Assembly (NCBI GenBank): GCA_905171695.1
Contig: LR991653.1
Span: 1,228,957-1,292,956 of the forward strand
Reading direction: 5' to 3'
Source of the DNA: Candidatus Methanoperedenaceae archaeon GB37
GTDB lineage: Archaea > Halobacteriota > Methanosarcinia > Methanosarcinales > EX4572-44
DNA length: 64,000 nt
Below are positions 17,729 through 28,432 of the stretch, in pieces. Position 1 is the stretch's first letter. Every line of letters starts with the position of its first letter. The position numbers and the translations under genes were made by a program. A model generated the notes under the pieces. That model made no database searches, was not told where the DNA came from, and saw only the letters and a program-made list of their open reading frames with translations.

Positions 17729-20700
17729 TTATTCTTTGTTCTCTCTGTGGTATTCTTGGAGTGATTTTATGTTGATTTTCCCGAGTTTCATGGCTATTAT
17801 GGCGTTTGCTGCTGCCTGAGCTGCTTGGATTGTTGTTATGTATGGTATTTTGTAGTCTACGGCTGCGCGGCGTATCTGGTATCCGTCGCTTCTTGATTGT
17901 CTGCTTGTGGGGGTGTTTATTATCAGTTGTATCTTGTTCTCCTGTATGAGGTTTATGATGTTTGGTTCGCCTTCGCTCACCTTCTTTACCACTTCTGTCT
18001 CTATGCCTCTTTCGTGTAGGTACTCTGCTGTGCCCCGGGTGCATATCAGGTGGAGTCCTGCTCCCTGCATCTTCTGTGCGATTGGGGCGAGGTCTTTTCG
18101 GTCTTCTCTCTGTATTGATATGAAGACTGTGCCTCTTAGTGGTAGTTCGTTCTCGGCGCTTCTCTCTGCTTTGAAGAATGCGCGTGCAAAGTCGTTGTCT
18201 ATTCCCATGACTTCTCCGGTGCTCTTCATCTCTGGGCGTAGGAGCGGGTCTGCTCCGGGTAGGCGGTCGAATGGTAGTAGTACTTCTTTTACTGAGACGT
18301 TCTTTGGTATGATCTCTCTTGTGTATCCGAGGTCGTGGAGGCTGTGTCCCATTATCACCTTTGCTGCTATTTTGGCGAGTGGTAGTCCTGTTGCTTTTGA
18401 TACGAATGGTATGGTTCGGCTTGATCTTGGGTTTGCCTCGAGTACGTAGACTTCATCGTCTTTGTATGCCATCTGGAGGTTGATTAAGCCTTTTACGTTA
18501 AGTGCTAGTGCTATTCTCTCAACGTACATTCGGACTTTGTCGAGTATGTGGGGTGGTATGTTCTGTGGTGGTATGACGCAGGCTGAGTCGCCTGAGTGGA
18601 TGCCTGCTTCTTCTGTGTGTTCCATTATGGCTCCGATCAGCACGTTCTTGCCGTCGCATACTGCGTCAACATCGATCTCGATTGCGGAGTCGAGGAACTT
18701 GTCGATCAGGACTGGGTGTTTGCTTGAGACTCGGACTGCCTCTTTTATGTATCGTGATAGTTCTCCTTCGTCGTAGATGATCTCCATGGCGCGTCCTCCG
18801 AGGACGTAGGATGGTCGTACGAGGACTGGGTAGCCGATTCGACGTGCTTTTTCGTATGCCTCTCTCGGGTTGGTTGCGGTTGCGCCTTCTGGTTGTGGGA
18901 TCTTGAGTGAGGTGAGGAGCTTGTTGAATAGTTCCCGGTCTTCTGCTATGTTCATGTCTCTTGGTGTTGTACCGAGTATTCTTGTCTGGAGGTCGTTTCG
19001 TCGCTTCAGTTCCTCTTCGAGTGGTAATGCGAGGTTTATCGATGTCTGTCCGCCGAACTGTACGATTACGCCGTAGGGGTGTTCTTCTTCTATCACGTTC
19101 ATCACGTCTTCGAGTGTGAGTGGTTCGAAGAAGAGTTTGTCAGAGGTGTCGTAATCCGTTGATACGGTCTCAGGGTTGTTGTTGATGATGTGTGTCTCGA
19201 TCTTCTCCTCTCGCAGGGCTGTTACTGCGTGAACGGTGCAGTAGTCAAACTCTATTCCCTGTCCGATCCGTATGGGGCCTGAGCCAAGGATGAGGACCTT
19301 CTTCTGACTGCTCTCTCTTGTCTCTGTCTCGTCTTCGTATGTAGAGTAATAGTATGGTGTTGCTGCTGCAAACTCTGCTGCGCAGGTGTCAACCATCTTG
19401 TAGGTTGGAAGTACGCCCATCTCTCTGCGAAGATCATTTATCTCTTCTCTCTTCATGCCTCTCAGTTCTGCTATTCGTTCATCTGTGAATCCGAGTCGCT
19501 TCGCCTCTCTCAGTAGCTCGATCGTTAACTCTCTCTTCTTCAATCGTTCCTCGGTCTCGATTATGTTCTGGATCTTCTGTATGAAGAATGGGTCGATCGC
19601 TGTTAGTCTGCTGATCTCCTCGATCTCGATTCCCCTCTGGAGCGCCTGGTATATGGCGAATAATCGCTCGTGGGTTGGATTCTTGAGTGCATCGATCAAC
19701 TCTTCCTCGTTCCAGTCCCCATACCCGAAGTCCATCTCGGTATCGAGTGATCGTATCGCTTTCTGGAGTGATTCTTCGATCGTGCGCCCTATCGCCATAA
19801 CCTCGCCTGTTGACTTCATCGCAGTTGTCAGGTGTTTGTCTGCTGTTGTGAACTTGTCGAAGGGCCAGCGTGGAATCTTCACGACCGTGTAGTCGATCGT
19901 CGGCTCGAATGAGGCAGGGGTCTTCTTCGTGACATCGTTCACGATCTCGTCAAGTGCAAGCCCGATTGCGATCTTTGCAGTTACGCGCGCGATCGGATAC
20001 CCTGTTGCCTTCGATGCGAGGGCAGATGACCTTGAGACACGGGGGTTGACCTCAACTACCCGGTACTCTCCGTCCTTCACCGCGAACTGGATGTTGCATC
20101 CACCTTCGATTCCGAGGCGGCGTATGATCTTTATCGATGCGCTTCGAAGCATCTGGTGTTCGCGATCGGTCAGGGTCTGGGACGGCGTGACAACGATCGA
20201 CTCCCCGGTGTGAATCCCCATCGGATCGATGTTCTCCATGTTGCATACCACAATACATGTATCGTTTCTGTCACGCATGACCTCGTACTCGAACTCCTTC
20301 CATCCGAGCACGCTCTCCTCGATCAGGACCTGATGGATCCGTGAGCGCTTGAGTCCGACCTCTGTTATACTCCTGAGTTCATCGAGTGTGCGGGCGATTC
20401 CACCACCGGTACCGCCGAGCGTGTAGGCTGGGCGGATGATCAGGGGCAGTCCGAGTTCTTCTACCAGTTCTTCTGCCTCTCCAACCGATGTCACTGCCCT
20501 GCTTCTCGGAACAGGCTCACCGATCTCCATCATTGCGCGCTTGAAGAGGTCACGGTCCTCTGCATCATGGATCGCATGAAGGGGGGTTCCGAGGAGAGCC
20601 ACACCGTACTTCTCAAGCACTCCCATCTCGGCAAGCTCGCTAACGACGTTCAAGCCTGTCTGCCCGCCAAGTCCTGCGATGACACCGTCAGGGCGTTCTC

Positions 20701-20938
20701 TCTCGATTATCCGTGCGACAACATCGGGTTTGATCGGTTCGATATAGACTGCGTCTGCCATATCGGGATCGGTCATGATGGTTGCTGGATTTGAGTTCAC
20801 AAGCACCACCTGAACCCCTTCTTCGCGAAGAGAGCGACATGCCTGTGAGCCTGAGAAATCAAACTCTGCAGCCTGTCCTATCAGGATCGGACCTGAACCG
20901 ATCAGGAGCACCTTCTCGATATCGCTTCGCCTTGGCAC
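17729..20938 (-). CDS. carB: Carbamoyl-phosphate synthase large subunit
   Basis: 1069 aa. Duplicated ATP-grasp halves ('VLLIGSGPILIGQAAEFDFSG' and 'VLILGSGPIRIGQGIEFDYC') and a C-terminal MGS-like domain. Confidence 0.95.
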   Translation of the reverse strand: MPRRSDIEKVLLIGSGPILIGQAAEFDFSGSQACRSLREEGVQVVLVNSNPATIMTDPDMADAVYIEPIKPDVVARIIERERPDGVIAGLGGQTGLNVVSELAEMGVLEKYGVALLGTPLHAIHDAEDRDLFKRAMMEIGEPVPRSRAVTSVGEAEELVEELGLPLIIRPAYTLGGTGGGIARTLDELRSITEVGLKRSRIHQVLIEESVLGWKEFEYEVMRDRNDTCIVVCNMENIDPMGIHTGESIVVTPSQTLTDREHQMLRSASIKIIRRLGIEGGCNIQFAVKDGEYRVVEVNPRVSRSSALASKATGYPIARVTAKIAIGLALDEIVNDVTKKTPASFEPTIDYTVVKIPRWPFDKFTTADKHLTTAMKSTGEVMAIGRTIEESLQKAIRSLDTEMDFGYGDWNEEELIDALKNPTHERLFAIYQALQRGIEIEEISRLTAIDPFFIQKIQNIIETEERLKKRELTIELLREAKRLGFTDERIAELRGMKREEINDLRREMGVLPTYKMVDTCAAEFAAATPYYYSTYEDETETRESSQKKVLILGSGPIRIGQGIEFDYCTVHAVTALREEKIETHIINNNPETVSTDYDTSDKLFFEPLTLEDVMNVIEEEHPYGVIVQFGGQTSINLALPLEEELKRRNDLQTRILGTTPRDMNIAEDRELFNKLLTSLKIPQPEGATATNPREAYEKARRIGYPVLVRPSYVLGGRAMEIIYDEGELSRYIKEAVRVSSKHPVLIDKFLDSAIEIDVDAVCDGKNVLIGAIMEHTEEAGIHSGDSACVIPPQNIPPHILDKVRMYVERIALALNVKGLINLQMAYKDDEVYVLEANPRSSRTIPFVSKATGLPLAKIAAKVIMGHSLHDLGYTREIIPKNVSVKEVLLPFDRLPGADPLLRPEMKSTGEVMGIDNDFARAFFKAERSAENELPLRGTVFISIQREDRKDLAPIAQKMQGAGLHLICTRGTAEYLHERGIETEVVKKVSEGEPNIINLIQENKIQLIINTPTSRQSRSDGYQIRRAAVDYKIPYITTIQAAQAAANAIIAMKLGKINIKSLQEYHRENKE

Positions 20939-20942
20939 CTCT

Positions 20943-22019
20943 TCACCTCACCATCCGAACGATCCGATCGAAGAAGAATGCCTCTGTGTCCCATGGACCC
21001 GGGTGCGCCTCTGGGTGGTACTGAACAGAGAGGATGTCAAGATAATTATGGGCAATGCCCTCAACCGTTCCATCGTTGAGATTACGCTGGGTCACCCTGA
21101 GATCGGCCCCTTCAAGAGAGTCGGAGTCCACTGCAAACCCATGATTCTGAGACGTTATGTGTACAATGCCGCTCTCAAGGTCCTTAACAGGTTGATTAGC
21201 GCCGCGATGCCCAAACTTGAGCTTGTACGTCTCGGCACCAAGCCCGAGTGCAATCACCTGATTACCGAGACAGATCCCGAAGATCGGAACGATACCAGCG
21301 AGCTTCGAGACCAGAGTGATAGCATCCCTCGCACGCAAGGGGTCTCCAGGACCGTTTGAGATGAGAATGGCATCAGGCTTCAGATCGAGTACCTCATCTG
21401 GCTTTGTGGTGGCTGGGACGACCGTTATATTCACCCGACGCCTCGCAAGGCTTGAGAGAATACTCTTTTTGACTCCGAGATCGATCACAACAAAGTGCGG
21501 TTCACCACGATCGCCATCGATTCTGTAGGGGTATTTACAGGTCACACTCGAGATCAAGTCGATCTCGCTTATCACCGGATGCTCTCGTGCAAGCCGGATC
21601 GCCTCCTCGCCATCGGACGAGCCGACGATGAGCGCTGCACGCATCGCACCACTCTCCCGCGTCTTGATCGTCAGCATCCGCGTATCAACACCGAGAATAC
21701 CAGATCGCCCCTCTCTCTTCACGAACTCCACAATGCTCTCTCTTGACAACCGATGCGATGGATGGAGGCACGCCTCACGAACGACGAGAGCCAGAGCCTT
21801 CATGCCATCAGACTGAAACGCCTCGCCACTGACGCCATAATTCCCGATAAGAGGATACGTGAAGATGAGAATCTGACCGGCATACGAAGGATCTGTGAGA
21901 GCCTCCTCGTAACCAGTGTACTGTGTCGTGAAGACGAGTTCACCACAGACAGCACCCCCCTCGCCAAAACCTCTTCCTCTGACAACAGTTCCGTCTTCAA
22001 GTCCCAAGACCGCATCCAT
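20943..22019 (-). CDS. carA: Carbamoyl-phosphate synthase small (glutaminase) subunit
   Basis: 'FTTQYTGYEEALTDPSY' and the GATase triad region 'PIFGICLGNQ' and 'VQYHPEA'. Confidence 0.95.
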   Translation of the reverse strand: MDAVLGLEDGTVVRGRGFGEGGAVCGELVFTTQYTGYEEALTDPSYAGQILIFTYPLIGNYGVSGEAFQSDGMKALALVVREACLHPSHRLSRESIVEFVKREGRSGILGVDTRMLTIKTRESGAMRAALIVGSSDGEEAIRLAREHPVISEIDLISSVTCKYPYRIDGDRGEPHFVVIDLGVKKSILSSLARRRVNITVVPATTKPDEVLDLKPDAILISNGPGDPLRARDAITLVSKLAGIVPIFGICLGNQVIALGLGAETYKLKFGHRGANQPVKDLESGIVHITSQNHGFAVDSDSLEGADLRVTQRNLNDGTVEGIAHNYLDILSVQYHPEAHPGPWDTEAFFFDRIVRMVR

Positions 22020-22157
22020 CTGTGATCAGACACCCAACGCGTATCTGGATAATATACTTAACGAGAGTTCAGCCACTCTTCGATTGGGACCTCTGGGATC
22101 ACCCCCTAGCCCAACCATCCGATACCACCCGATCTCTTGAGGCTTTTCTCCCGGCTC

Positions 22158-22382
22158 TCATTCATCCCTCGCCAACTTGTTCTGGTGAAGAGTTTTTTTG
22201 TATACTCTGTGCTCACGTTTCACAGTTATTGGGAGAACTCCCCTCTGCAGTTCTTCCAGTGCAATGTCGACCGGTTCTCCTTTGGCGTCCTTGATCAATA
22301 TTGGTGCACCCATTGCGATCTGGAGTGCACGGGCACCAACGATTCTCGCACGTTCGTATCGTGTATATTCATCTAAGTCCAA
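22158..22382 (-). CDS. rpoK: DNA-directed RNA polymerase subunit K (Rpo6)
   Basis: '[22 protein letters not shown]'. Confidence 0.8.
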   Translation of the reverse strand: MDLDEYTRYERARIVGARALQIAMGAPILIKDAKGEPVDIALEELQRGVLPITVKREHRVYKKTLHQNKLARDE

Positions 22383-22479
22383 CCGATCACCTCTTCAAAA
22401 AGAGATCCTATAATCAATTCTGGCATGATAGTCATCTCTCTCATCAATTATTCTGGAAAAGTGTTCTCATTAGTCGAGG

Positions 22480-22554
22480 TGGGGTTGCTGAGATTCGAAC
22501 TCAGGTCACAGCGTCCCGAACGCTGAAGGATCGTCCAGGCTACCCTACAACCCC
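22480..22554 (-). tRNA. tRNA-Pro (anticodon CGG); CCA not encoded
   Basis: Reverse complement GGGGTTGTAGGGTAGCCTGGACGATCCTTCAGCGTTCGGGACGCTGTGACCTGAGTTCGAATCTCAGCAACCCCA. Anticodon loop TTCGGGA. Confidence 0.85.
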
Positions 22555-22556
22555 CT

Positions 22557-22748
22557 CTACTGATACGGTGAGAGTACATCTACAAGCTCAACATGGGTTA
22601 AGAGCATCCGGCGACAGCAGTATCGGTCAACTCCCAGGTCGTCAAGCACTCGACCAGCATCCTCACCATCACCATCAACGCGCCTCTTATACTCGTCCCA
22701 GACGCTTCCAATGACCTTGCCACAGGTAAAACACCTAACAGGTATCAT
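22557..22748 (-). CDS. rpoN: DNA-directed RNA polymerase subunit N (Rpo10)
   Basis: '[14 protein letters not shown]' and '[12 protein letters not shown]'. Confidence 0.9.
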   Translation of the reverse strand: MIPVRCFTCGKVIGSVWDEYKRRVDGDGEDAGRVLDDLGVDRYCCRRMLLTHVELVDVLSPYQ

Positions 22749-22757
22749 CGATCCAGT

Positions 22758-23186
22758 TCACCTATATGATTTCTGCCTCCTGGCTCTCGCACCACGACCC
22801 CCGAAGTTCTTCGGCTCAGTCTGACGAGAATCATTAACAAGAAGACTCCTATCATACTCCAGTAATGCATCCTTGAACCCGAGGTCACCTGTCCATTCCA
22901 CCAGCCCCTTAGAGATAGCAGTCCGCACAGCACCTGCCTGACCCATCACACCACCACCTCTGACAACAACATCGATATCTATTCCATTGAGTATCGAATC
23001 ATCATCAGAGAACTCCCTGAAGAGTATGAAAGGCTCGCTCATCTTCAACCTGGCAAGCTCAGGCTCAACGATCTCAAGCGGAACCTTATTAATCCTGACA
23101 CGCCCTTTCCCCTCTTTAAAGGTGGCACGTGCTATTGCAGTCTTCTTCTTACCAGAAGTATTGATTATCTTAACCAAATATACCAT
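22758..23186 (-). CDS. rps9: 30S ribosomal protein S9
   Basis: '[10 protein letters not shown]', '[14 protein letters not shown]' and '[24 protein letters not shown]'. Confidence 0.9.
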   Translation of the reverse strand: MVYLVKIINTSGKKKTAIARATFKEGKGRVRINKVPLEIVEPELARLKMSEPFILFREFSDDDSILNGIDIDVVVRGGGVMGQAGAVRTAISKGLVEWTGDLGFKDALLEYDRSLLVNDSRQTEPKNFGGRGARARRQKSYR

Positions 23187-23199
23187 TCCCTCCTATTCT

Positions 23200-23628
23200 T
23201 CAGAACTTACCGCCCAGCTTTCTGCACAATTCACCAAGCTCGATATACTTACTGGTGCTGAGACGCATAATGGATGCATCATCGAGCACATGCATCTCCT
23301 CACCCCTGAGCTCGTCTGGCACGCCAACATAGACCTTGAGTCTCGAGAGAGCATCCCTGCCACGCTGCCGCTTGTACGGCAACATGCCCCGAACCGTGCG
23401 CTTAAGCAACCTGTCAGGCCGCCTCGGATAGTAGGGACCCTTCTCTTTAATGCCACGCTTACGTGACTGAAGGTAATCGGCAAAGGTCTTAACCTTCGAA
23501 CCAGAGACGATTGCACGCTCAGCATTCACAAGAGCGATCGTCTCGCCATCCAGTAAGCGCTTCGCAACAATACTTGAGAGACGCCCCAGTATAAGCCCAG
23601 AAGAATCAATAACTGTCAATCTCATCAC
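23200..23628 (-). CDS. rpl13: 50S ribosomal protein L13
   Basis: '[21 protein letters not shown]', '[16 protein letters not shown]'. Confidence 0.9.
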   Translation of the reverse strand: MMRLTVIDSSGLILGRLSSIVAKRLLDGETIALVNAERAIVSGSKVKTFADYLQSRKRGIKEKGPYYPRRPDRLLKRTVRGMLPYKRQRGRDALSRLKVYVGVPDELRGEEMHVLDDASIMRLSTSKYIELGELCRKLGGKF

Positions 23629-23993
23629 ACCATAATCTTAACACCACTGCCCTTGGGTTCAGCCACCATCAACTCCCAGATAGAGATACAGCTACCACCA
23701 GCACCAAGAATCTTATCACGCGCACCTGCACTGAAATTGAGGGCTGCAACCCGCACGGAATGCTCGATAGACCCAGCACCCAGAACCTTGCCAGGAACAA
23801 CCACTGTTTCACCCTCCACAGTATACCTGTTGATCTTCCCGATATTAACCTCAGCAAAACGACGAGTGGGACGCTCAAACCTCTTCGCAAGAGCCCGCCA
23901 GAGAGAGACACCCTCCAATCGAGACTTCATCTTCAACTCATCAATCAAACGAACCAGATTCGGATCTGTCTTACGCACAACACTCTTACTCAT
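23625..23993 (-). CDS. rpl18e: 50S ribosomal protein L18e
   Basis: '[14 protein letters not shown]', '[11 protein letters not shown]'. Start taken at MSKSVVRK (23993). Confidence 0.8.
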   Translation of the reverse strand: MSKSVVRKTDPNLVRLIDELKMKSRLEGVSLWRALAKRFERPTRRFAEVNIGKINRYTVEGETVVVPGKVLGAGSIEHSVRVAALNFSAGARDKILGAGGSCISIWELMVAEPKGSGVKIMV

Positions 23994-24138
23994 AAAACTG
24001 CCCTCAAATGCCACGACCACGGCTGACTCACGCAAACTTGCTCACGTTCGGTTGAAACAACAACCATACGCCACAAGGGCTACACCAGATAAAACGCACC
24101 AAACATACACCTGCTACTACATAAGTATTTTGTTGACG

Positions 24139-25170
24139 CTATTTTTCAAGATCTAGAGGGGTGTGGATGAACGCTGTGATACCCACCGCGTCTGTTAACA
24201 GTATGTTTGCTCGTACGAGTAGTGCGAATGTGAACCCTGTTGTGGGTGAGATTCCAAGGAGGCTCAGTGCGATAACCGTCCCACTCTCCATTATCCCAAG
24301 CCCAGCGGGCGTGGCTGGCAAGAACATAAGCGTGGTTAGTAGAGGGTGGAGCAGGAAGAATTCGAGATAGGTCACCGAGAGGTCAATCGCTCTTCCGATC
24401 AGATACCACTGGAGTCCACTTATGATCCAGCCCACCATATAGAGTGCTACGATGATCTTGATATTCTTTCGTATCCTGATACTTGAGCCCTTGAAAGTGA
24501 GAAACTGTTCATTGAACCTCTTAAGCACCGGTATCCTGCCAAACAATCTACCAGTATAGCTCTCATCAAGCCACGCCACTCCAAGCATCAGCCCTCCGAG
24601 AAGTACGAGCAGAGAGATCGCAACCCAGAGAGTGAGACTCGTGAGATGGGTGATCTTCACTTTAACGATGAGGTAGATTATGGCTGCGAGCGCACCTCCA
24701 ACCTTCAGCAGAAACTCAAGTCCCTGCGGCGCAAAGATACACGCCATCGCATCAGACGCACGCACCCCTCCAATCCTCTTCAAAAAGACCGGCGTCAAAA
24801 AGTAGCCGCTTCGACCAGGCGTAACATCCCCAATAAGCATCCCACCAAGATGCGAGACAAGCACCCGCAGATACCCAACCCCATAACCTATCTCCTGCAA
24901 AAGATAGAAGAGTCGATATGAGAGGACCGCATCAAGCGTGAAGTACGAAAGAGCAGCAAGCGCAAAGTACGTGATCCTTGTCTTCGCAATGAGAGACAGA
25001 ATCTCATCAACCTCAAGCCTGCAGACCACTATGTAAACCATCAGCAAAAGACCGATCAACACCTGAAAAGCAAGATATAAGTAGGCATTCTTAGAACGAG
25101 GCACTGCCATCATCTCACTGTAAAGTGAATCAATTCTTATTAAAAGATGGTGTTCATCATTTCGATGCAT
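24139..25170 (-). CDS. Polytopic membrane protein, flippase-like / LPG-synthase TM-domain family (UPF0104-like)
   Basis: About 8 predicted TM helices and a 'GDVTPGRSGYFLTP' motif reminiscent of that family. Assignment from memory of the family pattern only. Confidence 0.45.
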   Translation of the reverse strand: MHRNDEHHLLIRIDSLYSEMMAVPRSKNAYLYLAFQVLIGLLLMVYIVVCRLEVDEILSLIAKTRITYFALAALSYFTLDAVLSYRLFYLLQEIGYGVGYLRVLVSHLGGMLIGDVTPGRSGYFLTPVFLKRIGGVRASDAMACIFAPQGLEFLLKVGGALAAIIYLIVKVKITHLTSLTLWVAISLLVLLGGLMLGVAWLDESYTGRLFGRIPVLKRFNEQFLTFKGSSIRIRKNIKIIVALYMVGWIISGLQWYLIGRAIDLSVTYLEFFLLHPLLTTLMFLPATPAGLGIMESGTVIALSLLGISPTTGFTFALLVRANILLTDAVGITAFIHTPLDLEK

Positions 25171-25288
25171 AGCTTAATTATGGAGCCAGATCATAGATCT
25201 CTGTCAAGAGAGAGTGAGTAAGGATAACTTATTAACTGATAACCGATGAAAAGTAGGAGAGTAGCGATTGGAAAAGAGTGGAAGAGTC

Positions 25289-25747
25289 ATGGATGAGATG
25301 GACGAGAAGGTGTTGAGGTTGGTTCAGGATGGAATTATGATAGTTCCGCGGCCGTTTGAGGTTGTTGGGAGGAAGCTTGGTATCGGGGAGGATGAGGTTC
25401 TCGAGCGGATTCATGGTATGATCGAGTCGGGTGTTATCCGTAGGTTCAGTGCATCGATCGGGCATCGTGCGATCGGGATTCTTGCAAATGGGATGTGTGT
25501 CTGGAATGTGCCTGATCACCGTGTGGAGGAGGTAGGGAGAGTGATGGCTGGCTTTGAAGAGGTTACGCACTGTTACGAGCGACCCAGACGTCCTGGCTGG
25601 CAATACAACATGTATACCATGATCCACGGCTATACGAGAAGAGAGTGTGAAGAGGTGGCAAGGAGGATCTCTGAGGCTGTTGGGGTGAGAGATTATACTA
25701 TACTCTTCAGTGAGCGTGAGTTCAAGAAGACCGGTGTGAGAGTGTGA
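25289..25747 (+). CDS. Siroheme decarboxylase subunit (AhbA/AhbB, NirD/H-like)
   Basis: Lrp/AsnC-like N-terminus 'VLRLVQDGIMIVPRPFEVVGRKLGIGEDEVLERI', then 'RRFSASIGHRAIG..ANGMCVWNVP' and 'THCYERP'. ATG at 25289 preferred over the tracked TTG at 25268. Confidence 0.7.
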   Translation: MDEMDEKVLRLVQDGIMIVPRPFEVVGRKLGIGEDEVLERIHGMIESGVIRRFSASIGHRAIGILANGMCVWNVPDHRVEEVGRVMAGFEEVTHCYERPRRPGWQYNMYTMIHGYTRRECEEVARRISEAVGVRDYTILFSEREFKKTGVRV

Positions 25748-25751
25748 GACT

Positions 25752-26402
25752 TTGAGCAGACATCTCCCCCTCTTCATAGATCTTAGCGATCGAAAAGTCG
25801 TGATCTTCGGGGGTGGTAGTGTCGGTGAGCGAAAAGCAACCTTATTTTCAAAGCATGCGAAGGTGGTTGTTGTCAGTAGAGAGTTCACCGATGGGTTGAA
25901 GAATCTCGAGGGTCGTGTCGATCTGGTTCAGGTTGATGAGATCAGAGAAGAGGTCGTGCGATCGTGGGTTGAAGGTGCCTTTCTTGTTATTCCTGCTACG
26001 AGCAGCGCTACTTTGAATAGGATGATTGCACGGGTTGCAGTCTCGGAGAGGGCACTTGTCAACAGCGTGGACGAGGTATCAGAGGTTATCGTTCCATCAA
26101 TAATCGACTATGGTGAGATAACCATAGCAATATCCACGAGTGCGTCAAGCCCTGCACTCTCAAGGTACATCCGTGAAAAGCTTGAAAGAGTGATCACACC
26201 CGAGTTTGTAGAGATGGCACGGCTTCAGAAGGAACTGCGAAGAATCCTGAAAAGAGACGTTAAAAGCCAGAGAGAGCGAAGAGAGATACTCTGGGAGGTT
26301 TTAAACGATGACGCTATCTGGGAAGCACTCAAAGAATCCCACGAAAAGGCATGGAGACTCGCAAAGAGATACGTAACGAAGAGAGACGTGGCAGGATCTT
26401 GA
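25752..26402 (+). CDS. sirC: Precorrin-2 dehydrogenase / sirohydrochlorin ferrochelatase (siroheme synthase N-terminal type)
   Basis: 'LPLFIDLSDRKVVIFGGGSVGERKA' Rossmann start typical of CysG-N/SirC/Met8. TTG start. Confidence 0.7.
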   Translation: MSRHLPLFIDLSDRKVVIFGGGSVGERKATLFSKHAKVVVVSREFTDGLKNLEGRVDLVQVDEIREEVVRSWVEGAFLVIPATSSATLNRMIARVAVSERALVNSVDEVSEVIVPSIIDYGEITIAISTSASSPALSRYIREKLERVITPEFVEMARLQKELRRILKRDVKSQRERREILWEVLNDDAIWEALKESHEKAWRLAKRYVTKRDVAGS

Positions 26403-26407
26403 AGACC

Positions 26408-28225
26408 TCACCATCTTGCTACGTGCCTGAGGTCTATTGCGATGCCCCGCTTCGATTGAGTCATCTCTTCTCCGCTCATCTTGGCTCTTCCGACTGCGAG
26501 GATCTTCTTGTTTGTTATCAGCACTTCGTCGCCTGGGCGGATCATGGGGTCGGCGTGGATTATTCCGGGTGCGAGGATCGTGCCTCTGGGTGTGAATTCG
26601 TCGATCTTTACTCTGTAGTTCTCCAGTTCTATCATCCGTTTTGCTCCGTCGATTGTCAGTGCGAGTGTGCCGTATTGTGGCACGAGTGTTGCGAGTTGTT
26701 CTTTCTTGTGGTGTGCCTGGTATCTGGGGTATGGTGCTCTTACTGTGGCGTCAGGTGGTATGAGTATGCTTCCGGTTCCTCTTCCGAACTGGTAGTCTGC
26801 AATTGCTCGCATCATCTCTTTTTTTGCTTCTTCTGGGCTTCGCCTGGGTGTTTCTGGTTTCAGCGTGGATTTGATCTCTCGCTCTAGTTTTTCGAGTGAG
26901 TCGCTCGATGTTGGGTCGTTTTCTGCCGTGAATTTGATCGGTTGTGAGAGTTTCTCGCTCACTTCTCTGCAGATCTCCTTGTATGCGCCTGTCACGTGTG
27001 CAATTATTGTTTTATAGTGGTGTTGTGTAAGGTAGTTTGATAGGCATTCTATGGCAAACTTCTCTTCCTCAGAGTTCCAGTTTCCTGTGACGGGTGTGTC
27101 GTAGTGGGCTGCTGGGTATGTGAGTTCGAGTTCGCGCGGGACTATGCCGAGTGGGGATGTGATCATCACTTCATGGATGTAACCTGTGAGTCTCCTGAGT
27201 CTGCGGCGTATCTTCCGGTGAGACGGTGATGTTGAGTATGGTTTATGGCTCGAGCATGGTAGGAGGAGGAGGATATCGAGTTCTGGTGGCGTGTATCTAT
27301 CCTTGACTCGTTCTGCAAATCGCTGCACTTCGACACGCTTCAGACTCTCTCCTGTGCAGGCGTTGAGCCGTGCAGATCGTATTATGGGCGTCCGTTTCTC
27401 AAGGTACGTGTGCTCGTAATCGAAGTGCTGGAGGCTTGCGGTCTGCCATGGCTCCACCCTGCATGTGCTCTCGATGTAATCCCGAAGCTGCCCTCTTCTG
27501 ATGAGCTCTCTTATGAGGGTCATCTCCTCGTCCATCTTTGCACGGTTATGCTCTTCAAGGAGTCTACCACGCTCTTTCTTCGAGAGTGTGAGAATCGATT
27601 GTGGCGTCTGATCGGTGCAGACCTCGCATCGGCAGGGCAGTTCTCTCAGGCTCTGGATGGATATGCTCCCAGATCGTGTGAAGTACCTGTCCTGGTATGC
27701 GCTGATTATCGCCTGGGTGTAATCGACGATGTCAACGCCTGCGTAGATTAAGAGTGCGAGGTTGTAGGAGTTTGCGAGTGCGGGGGTGTAAAGAGCACTA
27801 TCATACGGTATCTCCTCCCTTACCCGTATGATGGATGATGTGAATGCTCGCTGGTTTCCCATGAGATCTGCCGCAGAGCCAAGTATGTAAAGAGAGAATC
27901 CATCTGGAATCACCCCCTTTGGGTGTATCACAACACCTGGTGTTATGGAGTTGCTCGGCTTGATCGGTTCGATCACTTCCCGTGATTCATCGATCACCTC
28001 GATCGGTGTTCTGAAGGGCATCGGAAGATAGGGAAGCGCCTTGAAAGAGGAAAGGCTCTCGTTCTGGCTCTCTTCATCGCTCCAGACGCGCCTCCCTCCA
28101 ATCTCAGATGCGTCGATGACACAGGGAGTGCGAAGCCTCTTTTTTTCAGCTTGAAGCTCCCCGATTCGGGCAGCACCGTCCCGATCGATCACTTCAAAGT
28201 GTGGCAAGTGTGTCCCATTCTTCAT
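26408..28225 (-). CDS. arcS: Archaeosine synthase (TgtA2-type) with C-terminal PUA domain
   Basis: Degenerate TGT-like N-terminal domain, 'PCRCEVC', the ArcS signature 'PCSSHKPYSTSPSH' (PC-x3-KPY-x2-S-x2-H), and a PUA-like end 'GDEVLITNKKILAVGRAKMSGEEM'. Confidence 0.8.
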   Translation of the reverse strand: MKNGTHLPHFEVIDRDGAARIGELQAEKKRLRTPCVIDASEIGGRRVWSDEESQNESLSSFKALPYLPMPFRTPIEVIDESREVIEPIKPSNSITPGVVIHPKGVIPDGFSLYILGSAADLMGNQRAFTSSIIRVREEIPYDSALYTPALANSYNLALLIYAGVDIVDYTQAIISAYQDRYFTRSGSISIQSLRELPCRCEVCTDQTPQSILTLSKKERGRLLEEHNRAKMDEEMTLIRELIRRGQLRDYIESTCRVEPWQTASLQHFDYEHTYLEKRTPIIRSARLNACTGESLKRVEVQRFAERVKDRYTPPELDILLLLPCSSHKPYSTSPSHRKIRRRLRRLTGYIHEVMITSPLGIVPRELELTYPAAHYDTPVTGNWNSEEEKFAIECLSNYLTQHHYKTIIAHVTGAYKEICREVSEKLSQPIKFTAENDPTSSDSLEKLEREIKSTLKPETPRRSPEEAKKEMMRAIADYQFGRGTGSILIPPDATVRAPYPRYQAHHKKEQLATLVPQYGTLALTIDGAKRMIELENYRVKIDEFTPRGTILAPGIIHADPMIRPGDEVLITNKKILAVGRAKMSGEEMTQSKRGIAIDLRHVARW

Positions 28226-28432
28226 GGATAGTCTTCCCCACCCATTCTAAATTCAACAAACTTTTTATCTACTCCATCCATACCAGAATACCTCTAATAA
28301 ATCCTCATAAATATCATCACAAGCAACAAAACTTCAAAATTCTTTTCCAACTAAAATTTCCCAATTTTCTAAATCATACAACCCTTTTATGTCCATCGCT
28401 CATAGGGTTCTGAATGGTAAGGATTGTAAGGG

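Noticed and set aside
17637-18044. 135-aa minus-strand ORF at the carB 3' end, plus other internal carB and carA shadow ORFs
   Set aside because: These are out-of-frame or antisense overlaps with the strongly supported carB and carA genes, and their products are low-complexity and basic.
22301-22714. 137-aa plus-strand ORF
   Set aside because: It runs antisense through tRNA-Pro and rpoN.
25232-25888. 218-aa minus-strand ORF
   Set aside because: Antisense to the siroheme decarboxylase and sirC genes, both of which have clear family motifs.
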